Shown here: positions 36,951 to 45,729 of the stretch, one piece after another
Layout: the number at the start of each line of letters is the position of its first letter
Position numbering within the stretch: position 1 is the first letter of the stretch
DNA from: an uncultured Ruminococcus sp.
GTDB lineage: Bacteria; Bacillota; Clostridia; Oscillospirales; CAG-382
Direction: 5' to 3'
DNA: 64,000 nucleotides
Assembly: GCA_964549435.1 (NCBI GenBank)
Contig: CAZJVB010000010.1
Span: 638 to 64,637 of the forward strand
The notes under the pieces: generated by a model
Database searches by the model: none
Told to the model about the DNA's origin: nothing
Seen by the model: the letters and a program-made list of their open reading frames with translations, nothing else
Program-made: the position numbers and the translations under genes

Positions 36951-39900
36951 ATGAAGCGGGTCTTATTGTTGATTTTGATTCTGGGGCTGCTGCTCCCGGC
37001 GGCTGCGTCTTGCGCGCCGGGGGAGGTCTTTTGCCGCCAAAATCTGTTTGCAGAAGAGGATTCCCTGCGCGAACAGGCGATCTCCGCTGCTTTGATGCAG
37101 ACGGAGGAGGTCGCTTCTTCGCGTTTTTTGATGTCCGGATCGGAAAGCCGCGAGGAGCAGTATATCGTCCGTTTTTCCGAAACGCTGTCTGACGAAGAGC
37201 TTCTGACGCTGCTTTCCGGGACGGAATATCGGCTGCTGACCTCCTCTGCGGAACGCGTTTTTGCCGTTACGCTGCAGGATTCGGAGGCATTCCGGGACGC
37301 TTGCGGGGAAGCACTGCTTTACTGCTGTGAGGACCGGGTGCTGTGCGCGGCGTCGGTACCGACGGATCCAATGGTGAGTGCATGCGCGGAATATGAGCAG
37401 CTGGAGCTGTTTTCTGCATGGGAGCTGATCACTCCCTCGTCGGATATTGTGGTGGCGGTGCTGGATACCGGCGTCAACCGTACGCATGAGGATCTGGCTG
37501 GCGCGACACTTCTGAATGGGTATGACGCGGTGACGCATACCGCCTGTGTGACCGGAGATGCGGATGGGCACGGGACCGCCGTCACGGGGCTGATCGCTGC
37601 TGTAGCCGATAACGGTGCCGGCAGCGCGGGCGTCGCATATGGTGTGCAGATTTTGCCGGTGCGGGTGGCTAACGGCTCCAACAGCATCTATTCCTCGGAC
37701 CTGATCGGCGGGATCCATTTTGCGGCGGATGCCGGCGCCGCTATCCTGAACCTGTCGCTCGGCGGCTATTCTTATTCGGCTGCGGAGTACGATGCGGTTT
37801 GCTACGCGCAGGAGAAGGGCTGCATTTTGATTGCGGCCGCCGGTAATGACGGGGAAACGGAGCACGGAGCATCCGAGATATATCCCGCTTCCTATCCGGG
37901 TGTGATCTCGGTCGGTTCCTGCAGCTCTGCGGGTACCCGTTCCTCCTTTTCGCAGAAAAATGACAGCGTGGATCTGCTTGCTCCCGGAGAGGCGCTTTTG
38001 CTGCTTGCAACGGATGAGCAGGGGAAAAGCGTCTACCTGCAGGACAGCGGGACCAGCTATGCCGCCGCGCTGGTGACCGGAGTTGCCGCGCTGGTGCTTT
38101 CCGCGCTGGATGCGGGAGTACGGCTGCAGGGAGAAGAGCTTCTGGTTCTGCTGGCGGACGGAAGAAGCCATAAGGGAGGCGGCGTCGGCTACGGCGCGGT
38201 CAGCGCACGACAGGCGGTGGAGGATGCCAATATGCCGCTGATTACCGGTGTGACAAACGGCGCGACCTATGACGAGCCGGTCAGAATCTTTTTCAACCGA
38301 GGGACGGCGACGCTGGACGGAGAGGAGTTCGACGACGGAGATACGGTGTACGGGAATGGCAGACATATCCTGACCGTGACCGACGGCAGCCGTCGGCAAA
38401 CCTTGCTGTTTCGCCTCAGCTATACGCCTGCTTCCTTTGAGATGACGGAGGAGGAAAACGCGGTCTCCTTTACCTACACGGGAGGAACGGCGACCTTGGA
38501 CGGTATTCCGTATGAGGCGGGCACCTCTGTGACCGCGCCCGGCTGGCATCTGTTCTGCCTGACGGATGCTCTGGGAGATGTTGTTCGGCAATCCTTTTAC
38601 TGTGATTTCGACCTTCCGGCCGTTTCCGGTGTGGAGGACGGCGGTTTATACGATCATCCGGTGTGCATCCGTATTGCCGGCGGCGGCAGCGCAGTTCTGG
38701 ACGGCGAGCCGGTTTCCGGCGAGACGACGGTGGCGACCGACGGGGAACATCTTTTGCAGGTTTCCAACGGGATGGGCAGCAAGACGTATCGGTTTACGCT
38801 GGCGACGGGCGTCGAAGAATATGAAAACGCGGTCTCTCGTTCCCACGTTATTTCGGATGCCGGAAACGGCTGGTACGCAATTTACAGCGAGATGCTGACC
38901 GGACTGCGGGTGTATGACGCGACGGACGGCACGTACTGCGCATTCCTCGCAACGGAAACCGTACAGGGGTATGCGTTTACCGATGACAGCCTGTTGATTT
39001 TCGGAGAATGGAGGCTGACCGTTCTGAATCCTGCGGGTATGCTGTCCGGGGATCCCGTGCTTGCTTCCTATCAGATTCGCTGTGAAGGCTTTGCGTATGC
39101 AGACGGTCAGGTTTACTGTCTGTCTGACGGTGGGCTGTATACCGTTTCGACGGAGGACGGCAGCATGACGTTTCTGATGGAAACCGATGCGGATGAGCTG
39201 TACGCGGCAGGGAGCTTTCTCTGGTTGTACAGCAGTGCATCCGACCGCTTTATCCGGTACACGTGTGGGGATGGAGCGACGGACGTCTTTTTCCCTGCGT
39301 TTCAGGCGAAGGGGCTGCGAAAGCTGTTTGCCGAAGGCTGGCTGTTTTGCGGAGGAACCGCGGTCCGTCTTTCGGATTTTACTGCGGCGTTTACCTTTGA
39401 CGGCTACGCTGTCGGCTGCACGGACCGGCTGCTCTTTTCCACGAACGGCGTTTACCGTTTGTCGGACGGCACGCGGGTCGGTGCATACGGTCGGACGGTG
39501 TCCTGCGTGCTGGCTACGGAGGAGGAAACCTTGGTTTGCGGGCTGACCGGCGGTCTTTTGCGATATCCGTCCGGATACGGATTCGCGCCTTTGACCGGCA
39601 ATACCGTTTCTTCGCCGGCACGGAGCAATGCATATACCCGTCTGTTCCGCCTGTACGGAAATGCATCGCTGACCGCCATTGCAGCCGATGGCGACCGATT
39701 CGGTGCGATTTTGAACGAAGAACGCAAGTTGCTGCTCTTTTCGGACGATGCGCTGCAGGAAACCGACCTGCCGTTTGCGCCGGACGGCATTGTGCTGTCG
39801 GAGGATCGCTGCTGTGTCTGGTCGGAAAGCAGCGGGCTGCTTTGGCTGGACGGGGAGCTGCTGTCCTTAGGAATGCCGGTGCAGAGCGCCTTCTTCTGCG

Positions 39901-42281
39901 GCGGCGCCCTGTATCTGCTGTGTGCGGGCAGGCTTTACCGGTATGAAAACGGAGAGCTGGCCGATCCCGGTTTTACCGCGTCGGAAGTTACCCAAGCGGT
40001 CGGCAGGGGGGATGTCCTTGCTTGGCTGTCCGGCGGACGGCTGTATGTTCGGAGCGGGGAGCGGCTTCATTCAATTGCCTGCAGCGCTGACCGTCTCCTG
40101 ACGGACGGCACCTATGTGCTGGTCGGGAAACGTGTCTATCTTGCGGCTTCTCTTGCGCTGGTTTGCGTGTTGGAGTCGGAGGTTCTTTCCGTTTGCAGCG
40201 GTGTTGTCATGGCCGAAGACGGTTTTTACGCACTGAAGGACGGAAGCAGGCTTTTGGAGGCAGTTTTTGACGTATACGAAGCCGCTTCCCTTGCGACCGG
40301 CTGCGGAGCGGTTCTCTATTCTGCCGGCAGCATCGCCGTATCTGGCTTTTCCTATGCAATCTGGGAGGAACCATTTTTGGAAGGGATTCCCGCAAACGGT
40401 CTGATCGACGGGCAGACGGTGCTGTTTTACGATCGCGGGCTGGGCTATCTGGACGGCGAGGCATGCCCGTCCGGGACGGAAGTGACCGCCCCCGGTGAGC
40501 ATCTGTTCACGCTGGTGCTTCCCTGTGCCGCAGTCCGGCAGTACACGTTTACGGTCATTCCGGCGCTGGAAGGAATTTCTGTTTCTGCTTCCGTTTATCG
40601 GCTGGCGGTCGGGGAGACCGGCGCGTTGCGGATTCAGTATCACCCGAACGGCACTTCCAGCATTCCCGTCGTGTATTCCCTGACGGGGGACTGCATCCGA
40701 TTGGAGTCGGACGGCACCTTTACCGCGCTGCAGGAGGGAGAAGCGACGATCACCGTCGAGACGGAGGACGGAAGGTTCCGAACCTCTTGCCGGATCGTGG
40801 TATCGGCGGTTTTGCTGCGCTTTGAAGAGGGGACCGGCTATCAGATCGACCGGGAGGCGGGATATCTGTATGGCGTTTCGGCAGGGATGCGGGCAGAGGA
40901 TCTGATTGCGCAGGTGATTTCCGAGGGAGTGGTCAGTGTATCGGAGAAGTATGTCGGAACCGGTACGGTTCTTACGCTGTCCGCTGACGACGGGACGGAG
41001 CTGGATAGGCTGACCGTTGCCGTTACGGGGGATCTGGACGGCGACGGATTTATGACGCTGCAGGATCTTCTGCTTTTGGAGCAGGCGCTGCAGAGCGGCG
41101 GAGAATGGGATGCATGCTACGCTTTGGCTGCCGATCTGAGTGGGAACGGCAAGGTTTCCGATCAGGACGTCAACCTGATGCGGCAGATGCTGCTGTTTGA
41201 AACAGGAAGCTCACGCCGGGCAATTCCTCCGGAGGGGGATACCGGCATATTGGGCGTTTTTCTTCCGTCCGTGATCTGTCGGGGGGATACGGTCAGTGTC
41301 ACCCTGTATTTGGCGGACGGCGAAACCTCGGCATGCGCGGGATGCTACGGAGTTAGCGGAAGGCTTGTCTATGATGCCGATGTTCTGACCTATCTCGGAA
41401 AGGAGACGTACGGCTGGACCGTGGAGACATCTGTTGGAAACGGCAGTTTATCCTTTCTTTCCACTGGGGAGGCTGCGGACGGTACGCTTCCGATTGTGAC
41501 GCTCCGGTTCTCGGTTACGGCAGATGCGGAGGGAGAGAGTACGCTTTTGCTGCGAGACGGAGTACTGCTTTCGGACGGCAGGGCATATGGACTGGCGCGC
41601 ACGGAGCTTTCTTTGCAGCCGGAGGAACGGGTGTATGGAAGCCCGGCTCTGTGGATTGCGGGTATGACGGAGCCGTTTTCCGAGGCGTGCATGTCGTATG
41701 AAGTCATCGTCCCCTCCGGAACGCCGGCACTGGACTATCTGCTGCGGTATCCGGAGAACTGTACGGTGACTGCTCGCAATACGGTTTTTGACCGCTCGGA
41801 TGAGCTGGAGGCGACCTTCACATTTACTTTTGCCGACGGTGAAATTCGAACCTATACTGTGTATGCGGTCCGGAACGGTACGCTGCGGCAGAGCTCAGAC
41901 AGCAGCCTTGCGGTATTGGTTGCAGAAGGTCTTTCGTTCCCGTTTGATCCGGCGGTGACCGAATATCGGCTGACCGTTCCGTACGATATGGAGCAGCTGA
42001 CCTTGCATTGGCAGACGAGTGACAGTCAAGCGACTGTGCTTTGCAGCGATATGGCCCTGCTGCCCGGAGAGGAAACCTGTATTACGCTGACTGTGACGGC
42101 GGAGGACGGCAGTCAGACGATCTATACGCTCCGTGTATTCCGTGAGGCGCAAACAGGCAGCACCGCAACGCCGCCTATTCAAAAGTCGTCGGAAAAAAAC
42201 TGGTTGTGGATCATCCCCGTTTTAATCCTCCTGCTCGGCGGTGCAGTTATCTTGTGGCTGAAGAAAACAAAACGACTCTGA
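36951..42281 (+). CDS. 1776-aa membrane-anchored subtilisin-like (S8) serine protease with repeat, Big_2-like, dockerin-like, cohesin-like and cadherin-like modules
   Basis: N-terminal signal peptide. The triad contexts are VAVLDTGV (Asp codon 37464-37466), DGHGTAVTG (His 37569-37571) and SGTSYAAALVTG (Ser 38055-38057). The dockerin Ca-loops are GDLDGDGFMTLQD and ADLSGNGKVSDQD (~41035-41205). The C-terminal TM is WLWIIPVLILLLGGAVILWL, followed by KKTKRL. Confidence 0.9.
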   Translation: MKRVLLLILILGLLLPAAASCAPGEVFCRQNLFAEEDSLREQAISAALMQTEEVASSRFLMSGSESREEQYIVRFSETLSDEELLTLLSGTEYRLLTSSAERVFAVTLQDSEAFRDACGEALLYCCEDRVLCAASVPTDPMVSACAEYEQLELFSAWELITPSSDIVVAVLDTGVNRTHEDLAGATLLNGYDAVTHTACVTGDADGHGTAVTGLIAAVADNGAGSAGVAYGVQILPVRVANGSNSIYSSDLIGGIHFAADAGAAILNLSLGGYSYSAAEYDAVCYAQEKGCILIAAAGNDGETEHGASEIYPASYPGVISVGSCSSAGTRSSFSQKNDSVDLLAPGEALLLLATDEQGKSVYLQDSGTSYAAALVTGVAALVLSALDAGVRLQGEELLVLLADGRSHKGGGVGYGAVSARQAVEDANMPLITGVTNGATYDEPVRIFFNRGTATLDGEEFDDGDTVYGNGRHILTVTDGSRRQTLLFRLSYTPASFEMTEEENAVSFTYTGGTATLDGIPYEAGTSVTAPGWHLFCLTDALGDVVRQSFYCDFDLPAVSGVEDGGLYDHPVCIRIAGGGSAVLDGEPVSGETTVATDGEHLLQVSNGMGSKTYRFTLATGVEEYENAVSRSHVISDAGNGWYAIYSEMLTGLRVYDATDGTYCAFLATETVQGYAFTDDSLLIFGEWRLTVLNPAGMLSGDPVLASYQIRCEGFAYADGQVYCLSDGGLYTVSTEDGSMTFLMETDADELYAAGSFLWLYSSASDRFIRYTCGDGATDVFFPAFQAKGLRKLFAEGWLFCGGTAVRLSDFTAAFTFDGYAVGCTDRLLFSTNGVYRLSDGTRVGAYGRTVSCVLATEEETLVCGLTGGLLRYPSGYGFAPLTGNTVSSPARSNAYTRLFRLYGNASLTAIAADGDRFGAILNEERKLLLFSDDALQETDLPFAPDGIVLSEDRCCVWSESSGLLWLDGELLSLGMPVQSAFFCGGALYLLCAGRLYRYENGELADPGFTASEVTQAVGRGDVLAWLSGGRLYVRSGERLHSIACSADRLLTDGTYVLVGKRVYLAASLALVCVLESEVLSVCSGVVMAEDGFYALKDGSRLLEAVFDVYEAASLATGCGAVLYSAGSIAVSGFSYAIWEEPFLEGIPANGLIDGQTVLFYDRGLGYLDGEACPSGTEVTAPGEHLFTLVLPCAAVRQYTFTVIPALEGISVSASVYRLAVGETGALRIQYHPNGTSSIPVVYSLTGDCIRLESDGTFTALQEGEATITVETEDGRFRTSCRIVVSAVLLRFEEGTGYQIDREAGYLYGVSAGMRAEDLIAQVISEGVVSVSEKYVGTGTVLTLSADDGTELDRLTVAVTGDLDGDGFMTLQDLLLLEQALQSGGEWDACYALAADLSGNGKVSDQDVNLMRQMLLFETGSSRRAIPPEGDTGILGVFLPSVICRGDTVSVTLYLADGETSACAGCYGVSGRLVYDADVLTYLGKETYGWTVETSVGNGSLSFLSTGEAADGTLPIVTLRFSVTADAEGESTLLLRDGVLLSDGRAYGLARTELSLQPEERVYGSPALWIAGMTEPFSEACMSYEVIVPSGTPALDYLLRYPENCTVTARNTVFDRSDELEATFTFTFADGEIRTYTVYAVRNGTLRQSSDSSLAVLVAEGLSFPFDPAVTEYRLTVPYDMEQLTLHWQTSDSQATVLCSDMALLPGEETCITLTVTAEDGSQTIYTLRVFREAQTGSTATPPIQKSSEKNWLWIIPVLILLLGGAVILWLKKTKRL

Positions 42282-42364
42282 TAAAAAGGTTCTGTTTCGA
42301 AGTACCGCTGCCGGAACATCGGAGAGACGTCGCGGCGGCAAAACTTCGGGTGTATGAGAAAGGC

Positions 42365-42982
42365 ATGGTGATCAATATGCAACAACAGGAATGGCTTGCT
42401 TCGTTGGCTTCCGCCGCACCGACGCCGGGCGGCGGAGGCGCTTCCGCGCTGGTCGGCGCGGTCGCGGCGGCACTCGGCTCGATGGTAGCGAATCTGACGA
42501 CCGGCAAAAAAAAATATGCTGCGTATCAGGAGGATATCGAGCGGCTGCTGCGGGAAACCGCTTCGCTGTCCGAAACGCTATACGGGCTGATACAGGCGGA
42601 TGCGGACGCCTTTGCTCCGCTTGCGGCAGCTTATGGTATTCCGAAGGAGGATCCGCGCCGCGCGGAGACATTGGAGGCGGCGCTCGGAATTGCGGCGGCG
42701 CCGCCGATGGAAATGCTTCGCACGCTGTCCCGTCTGCCGATACTTTTGGAGGAGCTTGCGGATAAAGGAAGTCGTCTGGCGGTCAGTGATGTCGGGTGCG
42801 CAGCGGCGTTCTGCGCGTCGGCACTTTCCGGTGCGCTTTTGAATCTGCTTGTGAATACCCGTCTGATGCAGGACCGGCAGCGGGCGGAGGCATTGAACTT
42901 GGAGGCAGAGGCGTTAGAAAAGGACGGACTTATACGCTGCAGTGCCGTGCTGGAAAAGGTGAAGGAGGGCTTGCGGACATGA
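42365..42982 (+). CDS. fchA: Methenyl-THF cyclohydrolase / cyclodeaminase-family protein (FTCD C-terminal-like)
   Basis: ORF 42206..42982 trimmed, because the upstream part overlaps the protease gene. APTPGGGGASALVGAVAAALGSMVANLT is the family signature. The start is ambiguous between 42365 and 42377. Confidence 0.75.
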   Translation: MVINMQQQEWLASLASAAPTPGGGGASALVGAVAAALGSMVANLTTGKKKYAAYQEDIERLLRETASLSETLYGLIQADADAFAPLAAAYGIPKEDPRRAETLEAALGIAAAPPMEMLRTLSRLPILLEELADKGSRLAVSDVGCAAAFCASALSGALLNLLVNTRLMQDRQRAEALNLEAEALEKDGLIRCSAVLEKVKEGLRT

Positions 42983-43833
42983 CGGAATGGAGGGGCGCGC
43001 CGGTCGCGGCGGCATTGACTGAACAGCTTACCGTGCAGATTGCGGAGCTGAAACAGAGCGGCATTTTTCCGAAGCTTGCTGTGATACGCGTCGGGACTCG
43101 GGAAGATGATCTTTCCTATGAACGCGGGCTGAAAAAACGCTTTGCTGCCGCCGGCGCGGAGGTACAGGTAACGGAATTGCCGGAGAGCGTTTCGCAGGAG
43201 GAGCTGGAGGCGTGTGTGCGCGCTTTGAATGCGGAGGATACCGTGCACGGGATTCTGGTCTTTTCCCCTTTACCGAAGCATTTGAACGGAGAGCGCGTCG
43301 GCGCGCTGCTTTCTCCGCGTAAGGACGTGGACTGCTTGGGGGATGCCAATGCCTTTCGGGTATACGCGGGCGGTAAAAAAACGGGAGTGCCCGGATATCC
43401 ACCCTGTACGCCGCAGGCGGTGCTGGAGATTCTGGATTTTTACGGATATGACCTGACGGGAAAAAGGGTAACGGTGGTCGGCAGGAGCGCGGTGGTGGGT
43501 AAGCCGCTGGCGATGCTGCTTTTGCAGCGTAACGCGACGGTGACGATCTGTCATACCAAGACGGCTGATCTTCCCGCCGCCTGTCGCGAGGCGGAGCTTC
43601 TGGTGGTCTGTGCCGGAAAAGCGAAGCTAATCGGGGCGGATTGCGTGCGGGAGGGCATGGCGGTCGTGGACGTTGGGATTCATGTGCTGGACGGGCAGCT
43701 GTGCGGAGACGTGGATGCGGCAGAGGTGAAGGAAAAGGTGTCCGCACTGACACCGGTCCCCGGTGGCGTCGGCTCCGTCACCACGTCGGTTTTGCTGAAG
43801 CATACCGTCGTTTCTGCGGCGGCGCTGCGGTAA
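42979..43833 (+). CDS. folD: Methylenetetrahydrofolate dehydrogenase/cyclohydrolase FolD
   Basis: ORF trimmed to M62 (ATG 42979-42981, an ATGA overlap with the fchA stop). PKLAVIRVG, VVGRSAVVGKPLAMLL and PVPGGVG are present. Confidence 0.95.
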   Translation: MTEWRGAPVAAALTEQLTVQIAELKQSGIFPKLAVIRVGTREDDLSYERGLKKRFAAAGAEVQVTELPESVSQEELEACVRALNAEDTVHGILVFSPLPKHLNGERVGALLSPRKDVDCLGDANAFRVYAGGKKTGVPGYPPCTPQAVLEILDFYGYDLTGKRVTVVGRSAVVGKPLAMLLLQRNATVTICHTKTADLPAACREAELLVVCAGKAKLIGADCVREGMAVVDVGIHVLDGQLCGDVDAAEVKEKVSALTPVPGGVGSVTTSVLLKHTVVSAAALR

Positions 43834-43855
43834 TTGTCGGGAAAGCAGCTCAAAA

Positions 43856-43896
43856 GAAAAAGGACACTGCCCTTCATTAGGCACTGTCCTTTTTTA
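43856..43896. terminator. Bidirectional terminator between folD and the U32 gene
   Basis: aaaaaggacactgcc / ggcactgtccttttt, with 10 of 11 bp paired and A- and T-runs on either side. Confidence 0.6.
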
Positions 43897-43955
43897 CAGC
43901 TCTTTCGGTTTATGGTTTACTTTTGGAATCGCTTCGCGCCTCTCTTTTGCAATAG

Positions 43956-45728
43956 CTATCTCCTCGTGAAGGCAAGGCCTTCCGGTGAAGCGGACGCAGA
44001 AAAGCGTTGCAGGACGTCGCGTATCTCCCGCTCGGATTCCACCGTGAAAAGCAGCGTCAGCAATCCTACGCCGCTTTTTTTCAGCTCTTTCCGTTTGTCA
44101 AGACGGTAGGTGGGCAGGGAATTGTAAAGCAGATTGCGATGCCGGTAGGCGCGGAGAACCGGAAAAGAGGCGCCGGTACGGTCGGTCAGCGCTGCGCGGC
44201 AAAGCTTTTGGTTCTGACAGACGCCTTTGATGTTGCGGATCAGACAGGTCTCGGTATGCATCAGCGGCAGCCTGCCGTATCCCAGCGTTTCCAGTGCCAT
44301 CGGAGAAACCCCAAAGCCTTTCGGATCTGCTTCCGGTGAAAGGAACAGCGAGGAGAAGGAGTATCCCTCCAAAAGCCGGACCGTTTCGCGGTTGAATACG
44401 TTCAGCGGATAATCTCCGTGCAGCCGAAAGCGTTCGAGCAGCGGCAGCAGCGACAGATTGGGGACGGTCGCCCGGCGCACGCCGCATTCCCACGCCTGCT
44501 GCAGCAGGCGTTTGACGTCCGCTTCCTCGCGGTCAAAAACCACCCGCGGCAGAATTACGCTGACCTGTTCCTCCAGCCCGCGAAGCTTCACTTCACGCAG
44601 ACGCCAAAGAGGAAGGTCGATGCGGGCAGCATCTGCAAACAGGGAAAGGGAGTCGGGGAAGGCACCCTCCAGCCGTGCGACATAGCCGAGCTGCGCTTGC
44701 GGAGGGAGCAGACGGGAAGGATCCTTTTCCGGCAGCCGGAAGGGGAGCGGCGTCTCCGGCTCCGATGTTCCCCTGCGGGGGATCGCTGCGCGGCGGGCAT
44801 GGGAGAGCCGTTCCGTTTTCTGCTTGTCCGCTTCGCTGCGGACGCCGAACATTTCCGGTGTAACCCTTCCTTCGTAATAGCCGTCGGTGAAGCCCGAACG
44901 GGAAAACGTGTCCCGCAGTCGTTTCCGTTCCGCTTCGGTCGGCAGACGCTGCTCGTCCAGCAGTCTGCGGTAGGTAGCGGTGACTTCATAGACGTATGCC
45001 GGCGATTTCATGCGCCCTTCGATCTTAAGCGCATGCACGCCAAGTCCGGCAAGCTCTGTCAGATGAGAGGCAAGACAGTTGTCCTTGAGGGAAAGCGGAT
45101 AGGGGTTTTTCCCGCGGTAGGGAAGCCGGCAGGGCTGTGCACATTCTCCTCGGTTTCCGCTTCTCCGTCCGATCATAGAGGACAAAAGACAGCCGCCGCT
45201 TTCGCAGACGCAAAGAGCGCCGTGCACGAATACCTCGCAGTCCATTCCTGCGTTTCGCACGAAGGAAGCGATATCCTCTTTAGACATTTCCCTTGCCAGC
45301 ACGATGCGGGAAAAGCCGAGGCTCCGAAGAAGCGGAGCGCCGCCGGCGGAATGCTGCCGCAGCTGCGTGCTGGCATGCAGGACGATGTCCGGAAAACGTT
45401 CCTTCAGACGTTTCGCCAATCCGAGATCCTGCACGATATACGCCTGCGGACCGACCTCACGCTGAAGGAAGTCGACCTCGTCCAGAACCGCCGGCAGCTC
45501 CCGGTCGGAAACCAGCGTGTTCAGTGTAATCAGCAGGCGGACACCGGCATCCCGGCAGTGCTGCCCCGCGGTGATCATCTGCTTTCGGTCGAAATTCTGC
45601 GCGCCTGCACGGGCATTGAACTGCGTCCCGCCAAGGTAAACCTCGTCAGCGCCTGCCAAAATTGCAGCACGCAGCGCTTCCGGATTGCCAGCAGGTGCTA
45701 ACAGGAGTGGCTTTTTGTCGGCGACCAT
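43956..45728 (-). CDS. Peptidase U32 family protein
   Basis: ORF trimmed to M60 (MVADKKPLLLAPAGNPEALRAAI). The U32 signature is EVFVHGALCVCESGGCLLS. Confidence 0.85.
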   Translation of the reverse strand: MVADKKPLLLAPAGNPEALRAAILAGADEVYLGGTQFNARAGAQNFDRKQMITAGQHCRDAGVRLLITLNTLVSDRELPAVLDEVDFLQREVGPQAYIVQDLGLAKRLKERFPDIVLHASTQLRQHSAGGAPLLRSLGFSRIVLAREMSKEDIASFVRNAGMDCEVFVHGALCVCESGGCLLSSMIGRRSGNRGECAQPCRLPYRGKNPYPLSLKDNCLASHLTELAGLGVHALKIEGRMKSPAYVYEVTATYRRLLDEQRLPTEAERKRLRDTFSRSGFTDGYYEGRVTPEMFGVRSEADKQKTERLSHARRAAIPRRGTSEPETPLPFRLPEKDPSRLLPPQAQLGYVARLEGAFPDSLSLFADAARIDLPLWRLREVKLRGLEEQVSVILPRVVFDREEADVKRLLQQAWECGVRRATVPNLSLLPLLERFRLHGDYPLNVFNRETVRLLEGYSFSSLFLSPEADPKGFGVSPMALETLGYGRLPLMHTETCLIRNIKGVCQNQKLCRAALTDRTGASFPVLRAYRHRNLLYNSLPTYRLDKRKELKKSGVGLLTLLFTVESEREIRDVLQRFSASASPEGLAFTRR

Positions 45729-45729
45729 A

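Noticed and set aside
36963-38591. 542-aa ORF antisense to the 5' part of the S8 protease gene.
   Set aside because: It is Arg-rich and low in complexity. It overlaps the protease catalytic domain, whose Asp/His/Ser motifs are intact on the plus strand.
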